From a virus, in the IMG/VR virus record IMGVR_UViG_3300044556_000087, positions 1-49,949 of that record: 49,949 nt of DNA. The stretch is one strand, 5' to 3'. The notes below the pieces were generated by a model. It saw only the letters and a program-made list of their open reading frames with translations. It had not been told where the DNA came from and did no database searches. Below are positions 26,820 through 33,431 of the stretch, piece by piece (the first letter of the stretch is position 1; every line of letters starts with the position of its first letter). The translations under genes and the position numbers were made by a program.

Positions 26820-27454
26820 TGTATATGTTAGGAGATTTAAGCGCACGTTATGAGAGCAACGGCGACCCGGGCTGCATCTCAGACGGCTACGGCGACCCGG
26901 GCGGCAAATCGTACGGCACGTACCAGTTTAGCTCCAACGCAGGCAGTCTGGATGCCTTTTGCAACTGGCTGCAGTACAACTATCCGCAGTACGCGGAGCA
27001 GCTCAATACCTATCCGATGTGCAGCACCAGCTTTGATGAGGCATGGCGCAACATTGCGGCATCCGACAGCGACGGTTTTGCTCAGGCTCAGCACGAATAT
27101 GTTAAGGCGACCTACTATGACCCCGCTGTCGAGATACTGGCTAACAACTATTGGCGCATCGAAAACCACAATGCCGTCATGCAGGACGTTGTTTGGAGCC
27201 GGGCTGTGCAGTACGGTGTGGGCAACATCCTCGACATGTGGACCGAGGCCGTACACTCCATGTACAACGTGACCAGTGGCGGCTATGACGGCTATCCCAA
27301 TCTGAGCTACATCGACGCCAATGAGTACGACTATGATTTTATAGTCGCAATCTATACCGTCTGCAAAAGCGAGGAATGGAACAGCTCGGCACTTCGAGAT
27401 AGTTTAAATAACCGTTTCGACAGCGAAATGCATGATGCCCTTGCTCGTCTATAG
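26816..27454 (+). CDS. Putative endolysin (lysozyme/transglycosylase-like fold)
   Basis: LSARYESNGDPGCIS...GKSYGTYQFSS has a Glu-Ser-x-Gly context like lysozyme-like hydrolases. Lies between holin and spanin-like genes. Family not firmly recognised. Alternative starts at 26819 and 26825. Confidence 0.5.
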   Translation: MMYMLGDLSARYESNGDPGCISDGYGDPGGKSYGTYQFSSNAGSLDAFCNWLQYNYPQYAEQLNTYPMCSTSFDEAWRNIAASDSDGFAQAQHEYVKATYYDPAVEILANNYWRIENHNAVMQDVVWSRAVQYGVGNILDMWTEAVHSMYNVTSGGYDGYPNLSYIDANEYDYDFIVAIYTVCKSEEWNSSALRDSLNNRFDSEMHDALARL

Positions 27455-27457
27455 GAG

Positions 27458-27856
27458 GTGGTCCTTTTGTCCTATCTGCCGCATATAAAAGAGGAGGTCG
27501 ATACGATTGCCAAAAATCCTAAAATTATCGCTATCTGCATTGCTCTTTGCATCCTTGTTGCTGCTACCGGCGGCTGGCTACTGTGCCGGCACTACGGCAA
27601 CATCGAACGAACCAACGGTCACGATGTTACTCGGACAGTACGAGACACTCAAGAGCTCAATCGAGACGCTCAAGAGCAACTCAATCAAGCGCGAGAAGCT
27701 AATCAAAGAGCAGCAACAGCAAATCAAAACGCTCAAAGAGCAGCTGACAGCATCTCAGACTCAAATCGCGAGCTCTCAGACCTCAATCAATCAGACACAG
27801 CAGCAATTGACGCAGCAGAGCAGGTCTTTAGAGACGTTGACGCAGCAAATCAATGA
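27458..27856 (+). CDS. i-spanin-like protein (N-terminal TM plus coiled coil); overlaps 27507..27947 in another frame
   Basis: GGAGG at 27454-27458 with GTG 27458 or TTG 27467. TM segment IIAICIALCILVAATGGWLLC, then Gln/Asn/Ala-rich helical sequence. Confidence 0.4.
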   Translation: MVLLSYLPHIKEEVDTIAKNPKIIAICIALCILVAATGGWLLCRHYGNIERTNGHDVTRTVRDTQELNRDAQEQLNQAREANQRAATANQNAQRAADSISDSNRELSDLNQSDTAAIDAAEQVFRDVDAANQ

Positions 27857-27947
27857 GCAGAGCCATAAATACATGGTCTCCAAACGCCAGCGCGATACCT
27901 GGGCAGTCGCCGCAGGGATGCTGCTGGTCGGTTTAGCCGTAAAATAA
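27507..27947 (+). CDS. Spanin-like envelope protein with N-terminal signal/anchor, coiled coil and C-terminal TM
   Basis: TTG 27507 lies 9 nt after aaagaggagg. MPKILKLSLSALLFASLLLLPAAGYCAG signal-like N-terminus, heptad-rich LKSSIETLKSNSIKREKLIKEQQQQIKTLKEQL..., and C-terminal WAVAAGMLLVGLAVK. Ends at the terminator. Confidence 0.55.
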   Translation: MPKILKLSLSALLFASLLLLPAAGYCAGTTATSNEPTVTMLLGQYETLKSSIETLKSNSIKREKLIKEQQQQIKTLKEQLTASQTQIASSQTSINQTQQQLTQQSRSLETLTQQINEQSHKYMVSKRQRDTWAVAAGMLLVGLAVK

Positions 27948-27953
27948 AAAAAA

Positions 27954-28000
27954 TCCCGTCGGACCAGCGCAATGCTGACTCGACGGGACTATTTTTTTTT
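27954..28000. terminator. Strong intrinsic terminator closing the late/lysis operon (A-tract upstream, T-tract downstream)
   Basis: tcccgtcg(27954-27961)...cgacggga(27981-27988) with an inner cagc/gctg stem, flanked by aaaataaaaaaaa and ctattttttttt. Confidence 0.8.
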
Positions 28001-28012
28001 GCCTATTTTATA

Positions 28013-28024
28013 TTATACGTATAA
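28013..28024. promoter_or_regulatory. Operator-like perfect 12-bp palindrome TTATACGTATAA (copy 1)
   Basis: Part of a 15-bp direct repeat atattatacgtataa (28010-28024 and 28033-28047). Confidence 0.5.
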
Positions 28025-28029
28025 AACTA

Positions 28030-28058
28030 TTGATATTATACGTATAATATACTATAAT
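28030..28058 (+). promoter_or_regulatory. Near-consensus sigma-70-type promoter TTGATA-N17-TATAAT for the moron block
   Basis: ttgata (28030-28035), a 17-nt spacer, tataat (28053-28058). It lies 87 nt upstream of the 28145 ATG and just after the late terminator. Confidence 0.6.
28036..28047. promoter_or_regulatory. Operator-like perfect 12-bp palindrome TTATACGTATAA (copy 2, inside the promoter spacer)
   Basis: Identical to copy 1. Lies between the -35 and -10 elements of the 28030-28058 promoter. Confidence 0.5.
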
Positions 28059-28144
28059 ATAATCAAGGAAAGGGAAAACAAGACCTTCCGAAATAATTCT
28101 TAATAGCGCATCCGAAAGGAAAGCCGCCAAAGGAGGAAAACATT

Positions 28145-28501
28145 ATGGCAACGTACTGGGATATCAAAGGTTTACCGATGGTTAACGACGTGGACGACGC
28201 GAAAGTCGAAGAAATCAAGCAGTCGATTATGACAAACGGCTGGAAAGGCTGCCCAATCCTTTATACGGATTTAGGTCTTGTAACTGGTAGCCATCGCCTC
28301 GCAGCGCTCCAGAACATCGAAGAAAACGAAGATGACATCGACGTACTCGACGAAGAAGTAGCAGAAGACGTATCCGACATCATCAACGACTACTGCGAAA
28401 AGAATGATATGTACTGGGACGAAATCGATTTTTCTAGCCTGCGTGACATCTTCGCTGGCACCTGGGTTGAAGAATATAAAGACGAAATAGAAGAATGGTA
28501 A
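28145..28501 (+). CDS. Small, very acidic ParB/sulfiredoxin-fold (ParB N-terminal-like) protein
   Basis: RBS aaaggaggaaaacatt. VDDAKVEEIKQSIMTNGWKGCPILYTDLGLVTGSHRLAALQNI matches the ParBc pattern (...P.l....y.l.dGhHRl.A). The C-terminal half is Asp/Glu-rich. Confidence 0.6.
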   Translation: MATYWDIKGLPMVNDVDDAKVEEIKQSIMTNGWKGCPILYTDLGLVTGSHRLAALQNIEENEDDIDVLDEEVAEDVSDIINDYCEKNDMYWDEIDFSSLRDIFAGTWVEEYKDEIEEW

Positions 28502-28508
28502 AAGCAAG

Positions 28509-28535
28509 GCGGTCAGAAATGACCGCTCTTTTATT
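28509..28535 (+). terminator. Intrinsic terminator/attenuator between moron genes 1 and 2
   Basis: gcggtca-gaaa-tgaccgc followed by tcttttatt. Confidence 0.65.
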
Positions 28536-28550
28536 AAAGGAGGAATTGAC

Positions 28551-28904
28551 ATGAAGAGAACTATTTACATGAGCGAACCGCTTGAACGACTCGCAGAAGA
28601 AACACGCGGAGATAGCCGCCGGACCAGCGGCTTTTCTCGACGCCTGGGCGAAATCGTCGAACGGTATCAGATTATGCTTGACCTCGACACCGCGACACTG
28701 CCGGTGCTGACCAACACGGAAACGGCTATCATGGGGGAAGTCATCTGCGGGTCCGTGATAGATCGCCGGAAAATCCGCGGCCTACATCTCGACGTGCTGG
28801 ACGCGGAACTCGGCAGCCCGAAAGAAAAACAAGCATTGTCTGGTAAAGTAGCCGCTCTCACGGCAGGACAGCGGCTGACACTTGTAGAAAAGCTGGGGCA
28901 ATAG
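28551..28904 (+). CDS. Hypothetical protein (possible ribbon-helix-helix N-terminus)
   Basis: RBS aaaggagg. 117 aa. N-terminal KRTIYMSEPLERLAEE is beta-strand then helix, as in RHH proteins. Otherwise unrecognised. Confidence 0.6.
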   Translation: MKRTIYMSEPLERLAEETRGDSRRTSGFSRRLGEIVERYQIMLDLDTATLPVLTNTETAIMGEVICGSVIDRRKIRGLHLDVLDAELGSPKEKQALSGKVAALTAGQRLTLVEKLGQ

Positions 28905-28905
28905 T

Positions 28906-29580
28906 ATGGATGATATCAAGATCGGCGACCAGTTTGGCTACTGGACCGTTATCGGGCTGGATGATGGTCATCACCCCTATAGGGCTAAGTGTAAATGTGT
29001 TTGTGGGACAATCCGCTGGGTACTCCGGTCCAGACTACGGACCGGGAAAACGGCATCCTGCGGATGCATGGCGCATCCTGATGCTTATCGAGGGCTAAAG
29101 CCAGGGGATAGAATAGGTTATTGGACCATTATCAAACGAGACGGACGGCGTTTTTATTGCCGTTGTATATGCGGTACTGAAAAATGGGTAGCCTCAACCA
29201 GCTTATTATACGGTAAATCCCTATCATGCGGATGCAAAAGGCTGGAAGCAAGGCCAGGAGAAGCAGAGAGCGCCCTACAGCAAGGACGTGACATTTCTGC
29301 CGCTCTGCAGACGGAAAAACTGCAGGCAAAATATGCCGGATTCGGTCGAAAACGAAATAAAAACAGCTCTACCGGAGTGGTGGGAGTATCAAAATTAAAG
29401 GGCCGATATCGCGCTTACATCATGGTTAATCGTAAACAGATTAGTCTAGGTATGTATGATACTCTTAAGGATGCCACGGCTGCAAGGAAAGCCGCTGAGC
29501 AAAAGTATTTTGCAGGCAAACAGAAAAAAGCTGATGAGATAAAGAACCAATTCAGGAGGGATGACCATGATGACAGATGA
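28906..29580 (+). CDS. DNA-binding protein with two Cys-rich N-terminal repeats and a C-terminal AP2 domain
   Basis: Duplicated G(D)xxGYWTVIG...C.C.CGT..WV....L..GK..SCGC units, then GVVGVSKLKGRYRAYIMVNRKQISLGMYDTLKDATAARKAAEQKYF (AP2/ERF-type fold pattern). Confidence 0.7.
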   Translation: MDDIKIGDQFGYWTVIGLDDGHHPYRAKCKCVCGTIRWVLRSRLRTGKTASCGCMAHPDAYRGLKPGDRIGYWTIIKRDGRRFYCRCICGTEKWVASTSLLYGKSLSCGCKRLEARPGEAESALQQGRDISAALQTEKLQAKYAGFGRKRNKNSSTGVVGVSKLKGRYRAYIMVNRKQISLGMYDTLKDATAARKAAEQKYFAGKQKKADEIKNQFRRDDHDDR

Positions 29581-29716
29581 AGAGCTAGAGGCTAAAAGGA
29601 TTGATTTGATGCTGCAGCTATTAGCGAGCCGGCGGAAAACGGCCGCGCTGCGGGAGAAGATACGTGCCGCACATGAAAGGCATGTACGAGAAGGCCTATG
29701 CAGACCTGACACATAA
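29567..29716 (+). CDS. Small hypothetical protein (49 aa)
   Basis: ATG 29567 lies 8 nt after aggagg (29553-29558). MMTDEELEAKRIDLMLQLLASRRKTAALREKIRAAHERHVREGLCRPDT. Its stop lies in the first copy of the 22-bp tandem repeat. Confidence 0.4.
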   Translation: MMTDEELEAKRIDLMLQLLASRRKTAALREKIRAAHERHVREGLCRPDT

Positions 29717-29738
29717 CCTATGCAGACCTGACACATAA
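29695..29738. repeat. Perfect 22-bp tandem duplication cctatgcagacctgacacataa x2
   Basis: 29695-29716 is identical to 29717-29738. Confidence 0.95.
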
Positions 29739-29763
29739 GAAGAAGACGAGCAGTAAAGCGAGA

Positions 29764-29803
29764 GAGCCGATGAGATAATCACCGGCTCCCTTATTTTTTT
29801 TTT
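29764..29803 (+). terminator. Probable intrinsic terminator (short stem, long T tract)
   Basis: gagccg ... cggctc (6-bp stem, 13-nt loop) followed by ccttattttttttttt. Confidence 0.45.
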
Positions 29804-29890
29804 AAATTTTTGGTACTCAAAGCACTCTCTTTTGTCCATATATAAGTAGAGGGGTAATTCGCCCTCACTGATCAGAAAGGAGAGGATAGT

Positions 29891-30124
29891 ATGAGTAGTA
29901 AACTGCTTCAGGATTTAATGGGACAAGCCAGATTCTACAAAAACCGAGGTGCTAGTCTGCTTTGCCGAGCGGAAATGTGTGATCCTGAGTCCCCTGCACG
30001 TAAGTATTATTTAAAGCGGGCTTTCGTGGCACTGGATACCTCCCGGTCTTACTATGAGACAGCGTACCATTGCGCAGCCGACATCTATGGTGAGAATAAT
30101 GAGGACCAGGAGGACGCCGATTAG
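29891..30124 (+). CDS. Hypothetical protein (77 aa)
   Basis: RBS aaaggagaggatagt precedes the ATG, and a strong terminator follows. No recognisable domain. Confidence 0.6.
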   Translation: MSSKLLQDLMGQARFYKNRGASLLCRAEMCDPESPARKYYLKRAFVALDTSRSYYETAYHCAADIYGENNEDQEDAD

Positions 30125-30163
30125 AACAATCGTTCTATAACAATTTCATTTTGCGAGGTTCAC

Positions 30164-30212
30164 AAAGCCCCGTCAGACCGCATACTGTCCAGTCTGAGGG
30201 GGCTTTATTTTT
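30164..30212 (+). terminator. Strong intrinsic terminator at the end of the + strand moron block
   Basis: aaagccccgtcagac ... gtctgagggggcttt (15-bp stem, one mismatch) followed by atttttcc. Confidence 0.8.
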
Positions 30213-30463
30213 CCGCTATTTCTTCCGCTATCCGCCATATTTTCTTGCATAAAACTATAATAATGAATGATAAAATATAATAGGCTACTTCCTCGATAAA
30301 TAGCGTAAAATACATGGTTCCCAGTAATCCATAGTAAGCTATAGTAACGTATAAAACATTACTTCCGATAATTTAACGGAGTCAAAAGACCCGCATAAAC
30401 ACTGGCTTCATCGGCATTCTTCCGCTATTTCTTCCGCCGAAAACTTTTTATAGCGGAAGAGCC
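30211..30463. other. Putative attP region with arm-type repeats
   Basis: 18-bp repeat ttccgctatttcttccgc at 30211-30228 and 30420-30437. The 8-mer TCCGCTAT occurs at 30212, 30224 and 30421 and inverted at 30450-30457. An AT-rich stretch lies between the clusters, directly 3' of int. Confidence 0.4.
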
Positions 30464-31570
30464 TTACAGGATGCTGTCCATCACGGAGAGAGCTTCTTTT
30501 TCGCGCTTTTCCGTGATGCTGTCATAGATATTAGCCGTCGTGTACACCGAGGCATGACCGAGGCGCTTCGAAACGTAGTCCAAGGCAATGCCGTTCTCGA
30601 TTAACATGGTAGCGTGAGTATGCCGGAACGAGTGGAAGGACAGCCCGCCGAAGTGCTCCCGGCACCAGAGGTTGAAGTACCGGGTCTTGTTGCTGGTGAG
30701 TGGTTTCCCGTTCTCCTCGGTGCACACCGCGTCCGATCGGCGGTAGTACCGTCCATACTCAAACTGGTTCCGCTCCTGCCAGAGCTTCTGGGCTTTCAGC
30801 TCGGCTGCCAATTTCTGGCCAAAGGTGATGACCCGCAGTGATGATGCAGTCTTCGGCGACTCGATACGGGCATCCCCAGTCTTATCGTATTTATTGCCTA
30901 CGACCTCCAGCGTATGCGCTTTTAGATCTACATTCGCCCAGCGCAGGGCCAGGCATTCCCCGAGCCGCATCCCGGTGCAGTAGGAGAGCATGCACGGCAT
31001 GTGGAGCTGATTCCCTCGCGGAAATCGTTCGAAAATCTGCTGAATCTGGTCAGCCGTGAAGACCTTAATCATCTGGAACTGCGGGGCATACCGGGGCACC
31101 CGTACGTTATCCATGGGGTTGATGGTAAGGTACCTGCGATTGGCCACACACCAACGGAACGAGGACCGCAGGACCGCTGCAATAGATTTCAGGGTACCTC
31201 GTGCATACGTATTCCGCAAACCCGTGATGTAGTCCTGCAGCATCGGAGTCGTGATGTCCTTCAGCCGGACCTTGGCAAAAGCAGGAGTCAGGTGATTATC
31301 GACGATGTTTTCATAGGCATCTACCGTGTTCGGTTTCAGGTTGATGCGGACTTCCTTTTCCATCCATTCCTTCAAGAAATCCGGATAGAGCATACTGGAC
31401 GGTTCGAAAAATTTCCCGGTCCGGTCTATCTCCTGCATGGCAGCACGATAAGCCCGGGCAGCCTCAGCACGGCTAAAACCGCCAAAGTGCTCGTGCTTAT
31501 GGTACCTGCCCATAGCATCCGTTTCGTTTATGGTATAGTACCATCTATCCTTGATTTGTCGTAAAAACAT
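30464..31570 (-). CDS. int: Phage integrase (tyrosine recombinase), lysogeny module
   Basis: HSFRHTHATMLIENGIALDYVSKRLGHASVYTTANIYDS catalytic region and N-terminal KDRWYYTINETD...GGFSRAEAARAY arm-binding-type domain. Likely start is ATG 31570 after aggaggctgatttac; track ORF extends to 31618. Confidence 0.9.
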   Translation of the reverse strand: MFLRQIKDRWYYTINETDAMGRYHKHEHFGGFSRAEAARAYRAAMQEIDRTGKFFEPSSMLYPDFLKEWMEKEVRINLKPNTVDAYENIVDNHLTPAFAKVRLKDITTPMLQDYITGLRNTYARGTLKSIAAVLRSSFRWCVANRRYLTINPMDNVRVPRYAPQFQMIKVFTADQIQQIFERFPRGNQLHMPCMLSYCTGMRLGECLALRWANVDLKAHTLEVVGNKYDKTGDARIESPKTASSLRVITFGQKLAAELKAQKLWQERNQFEYGRYYRRSDAVCTEENGKPLTSNKTRYFNLWCREHFGGLSFHSFRHTHATMLIENGIALDYVSKRLGHASVYTTANIYDSITEKREKEALSVMDSIL

Positions 31571-31685
31571 GTAAATCAGCCTCCTAATCATGGCGGATAG
31601 CGGGCTGATGTGGTACAATAAAACTGTAGATCAGCCCTAAATATCTACACATCGCCGGTCCGGTACTGGTAATACCATCCGGCAC

Positions 31686-31726
31686 GCCCCGTCTTATGCT
31701 GGTAACATGAGACGGGGCTTTTTTGT
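31686..31726 (+). terminator. Plus-strand-oriented intrinsic terminator between two minus-strand genes
   Basis: gccccgtct(31686-31694) ... agacggggc(31710-31718) followed by ttttttgtgtg. On the minus strand the hairpin is not followed by a U tract. Confidence 0.55.
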
Positions 31727-31738
31727 GTGTTTTAAATA

Positions 31739-32287
31739 TTACTTGCTCTCATCCCTGGGCTTCCAGTATTCCGGGTACTGCTCATACTCAAGGGCGAAGG
31801 CCTTGTTGATGTTTTCCAGGTGACTCGGTTTCAGCGGGGCAATCTGGTTCAGGATTTTGTATGTACTGTATCTGATTTTCACAGATTTAGCCGTTTTCAG
31901 GCCCTGCACGATTTCCGGGGATAACCGGAAGAACCGGACATTCGTGCGCATGTCATGTATGCCGACATAGGTCACAGACGCCACAGTATCTGCATCGAAG
32001 TCAGGCTTGGTGCTGGTGAGGTCGTACGTCTTCCCGTCGATATCGATAGTAATCTGATTCAGGACCTTATCACGCATGGAAATCTCAGACATACGGAGCC
32101 AGTATTCGTCCTGATGGTTACTGGGCGCTAATTTGATAAACATCGTCTCCAGCTTGATTGCCCCATAGAAAAACACGTTATACGAGACAGCGTTATTGTC
32201 TTCAGGCTCACAGACGAATTCAATGGCATTCACCGGAAAAATACAAAATGCTAAGAACAGACTTAATAATACGAGGATACGTTTCAT
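31739..32287 (-). CDS. Secreted protein expressed from the lysogeny strand (candidate lysogenic-conversion or exclusion factor)
   Basis: ATG 32287 follows aggaggtgatttt. Signal peptide MKRILVLLSLFLAFCIFPVNA. No recognisable domain. Confidence 0.65.
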   Translation of the reverse strand: MKRILVLLSLFLAFCIFPVNAIEFVCEPEDNNAVSYNVFFYGAIKLETMFIKLAPSNHQDEYWLRMSEISMRDKVLNQITIDIDGKTYDLTSTKPDFDADTVASVTYVGIHDMRTNVRFFRLSPEIVQGLKTAKSVKIRYSTYKILNQIAPLKPSHLENINKAFALEYEQYPEYWKPRDESK

Positions 32288-32337
32288 AAAATCACCTCCT
32301 GATTTAGTAAATAACTGCAAAATGCATTTCACTTTTT

Positions 32338-32369
32338 TTAACGCACTTATGCGTTAAAATGTGCGTTAA
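32338..32369. promoter_or_regulatory. Operator-like palindrome TTAACGCA-N4-TGCGTTAA plus a third half-site
   Basis: ttaacgca(32338-32345) ctta tgcgttaa(32350-32357), and tgcgttaa again at 32362-32369. Lies between the ImmA-like gene and the secreted-protein gene. Confidence 0.4.
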
Positions 32370-32377
32370 ACCCCATT

Positions 32378-32659
32378 TCATAAATAGTTGCAAAAGAAAT
32401 TAAATGTTTCCTTAACCTGATGGCCCCGTTGGCCATGCCGACACTTTTGACTTACCATTTTCTCCAGGAGGGTCGCCTGCGTCTCAGAGGAGAAATCCGC
32501 CCCATCGATATGCTGCAGTTCGTGTACGACTGCCTGGACTGCCGCTCTTCGGGACAACAGTGCATTGACGATAATCGTATATGTTCCGTCTTCATTCGGT
32601 GTTGTCATGGCTCTGACCTTCACTGGTAAATGTGTAGTAACTATGATATTGATATTCAA
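32378..32659 (-). CDS. Minimal ImmA/IrrE-like HExxH metalloprotease-motif protein
   Basis: YTIIVNALLSRRAAVQAVVHELQHIDG matches the ImmA/IrrE core (..in..l....q.f.laHElgH). TTG 32659 lies 1 nt after the repressor stop, with an alternative ATG at Met18. Only 93 aa. Confidence 0.55.
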   Translation of the reverse strand: MNINIIVTTHLPVKVRAMTTPNEDGTYTIIVNALLSRRAAVQAVVHELQHIDGADFSSETQATLLEKMVSQKCRHGQRGHQVKETFNFFCNYL

Positions 32660-32660
32660 G

Positions 32661-33038
32661 CTATTTGTTCCTTTCCGTTTTCAAAAACCGGATGTAGTTG
32701 GCCGCCTGCTGCATCTCCTCCGGGGACAGGTCCGCCGCTGCCGAGAAGAGTACCTTGAGCTCTGGATCCGTGCGCAGCTTTTCCGCCAGTTCCGCTGTGT
32801 CGGGATCATCGTAATAGCCGTTCTGGTCTTCAGTCTGTTCCCATCCCATGAGGGCACCCGGTGTCGTGTGCAGTGCCTGCGCAATCTTTTCTATCCGGTC
32901 AGATGGTATATTTCCAATGACCCCGGATTCATATCGTTGGATTGTCTGCCGACTGACCCCTACGATTTTAGCGACATCATCCAGTGTCATTTTCTGCTGT
33001 AATCTTGCTCTTTTAATATTTTCATTTAAAGTTGCCAT
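32661..33038 (-). CDS. CI-like XRE-family repressor
   Basis: LNENIKRARLQQKMTLDDVAKIVGVSRQTIQRYESG HTH. Divergent from the Cro-like gene. Likely start is ATG 33038 after gaagggg; track ORF extends to 33074. Confidence 0.85.
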   Translation of the reverse strand: MATLNENIKRARLQQKMTLDDVAKIVGVSRQTIQRYESGVIGNIPSDRIEKIAQALHTTPGALMGWEQTEDQNGYYDDPDTAELAEKLRTDPELKVLFSAAADLSPEEMQQAANYIRFLKTERNK

Positions 33039-33145
33039 AGCTAAGCCCCTTCTTGCTATATTGTATTTAATCATCTATAAGAGCATTATAGCACGAAAAT
33101 TACATATTATGCAACAAAAATATTATAAATTAGGTAAAAAATTAC

Positions 33146-33174
33146 TTGACACGGAACAAAATTAACAGTATACT
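33146..33174 (+). promoter_or_regulatory. Early rightward promoter TTGACA-N17-TATACT
   Basis: ttgaca (33146-33151), a 17-nt spacer, tatact (33169-33174). Lies 48 nt upstream of the Cro-like ATG. Confidence 0.6.
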
Positions 33175-33186
33175 CTAACCATGAAA

Positions 33187-33203
33187 GTTACCTAACACGT
33201 AAC
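33187..33203. promoter_or_regulatory. Operator-like inverted repeat GTTAC-N7-GTAAC (copy 1)
   Basis: aaGTTACctaacacGTAACaa, between the promoter and the first HTH gene. Confidence 0.45.
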
Positions 33204-33221
33204 AAGAAAAGAGGTGATATC

Positions 33222-33431
33222 ATGGTCGATACAAATGCCCTGCGCGGTATCATCGCGCGGGAAGGGAAATCCCAAGTGCAGGTAGCGGATGCGCTCGGCA
33301 TCACGCCTAAGACCTTTTATGAAAAGATGAAAAGGGGTGTCTTCGACTCGGACGAAATGTACGCAATGGTGAAATTCCTGAATATTTCTAATCCTGTAGA
33401 AATTTTTTTTGCCGATAAAGTTACGTATTAA
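33222..33431 (+). CDS. Cro-like HTH regulator
   Basis: 69 aa. KSQVQVADALGITPKTFYEKMKRG HTH. First gene of the rightward operon, with RBS aaaagaggtgatatc. Confidence 0.75.
   Translation: MVDTNALRGIIAREGKSQVQVADALGITPKTFYEKMKRGVFDSDEMYAMVKFLNISNPVEIFFADKVTY

Noticed and set aside
26850-27272. Alternative-frame ORFs (140 aa on +, 125 aa on -) inside the lysozyme-like gene
   Set aside because: Their translations are Ala/Arg/Thr-rich and low-complexity, with no RBS. They lie fully within a better-supported frame.
30125-30463. tRNA or tmRNA fragment as an integration target copy in the attP region, and in the other intergenic gaps
   Set aside because: I could not fold any cloverleaf-like segment by eye in the gaps at 1081-1380, 27948-28144, 29739-29890, 30125-30463, 31571-31738 or 44347-44655. 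A tRNAscan/ARAGORN run would be needed to be certain.
30464-31570. The lysogeny integrase as the enzyme inverting the fibre cassettes
   Set aside because: It is 5 kb away, flanked by its own arm-type repeats, whose motif (TCCGCTAT) is unrelated to the cassette cores. The adjacent second recombinase is the more parsimonious candidate. This is not excluded experimentally.
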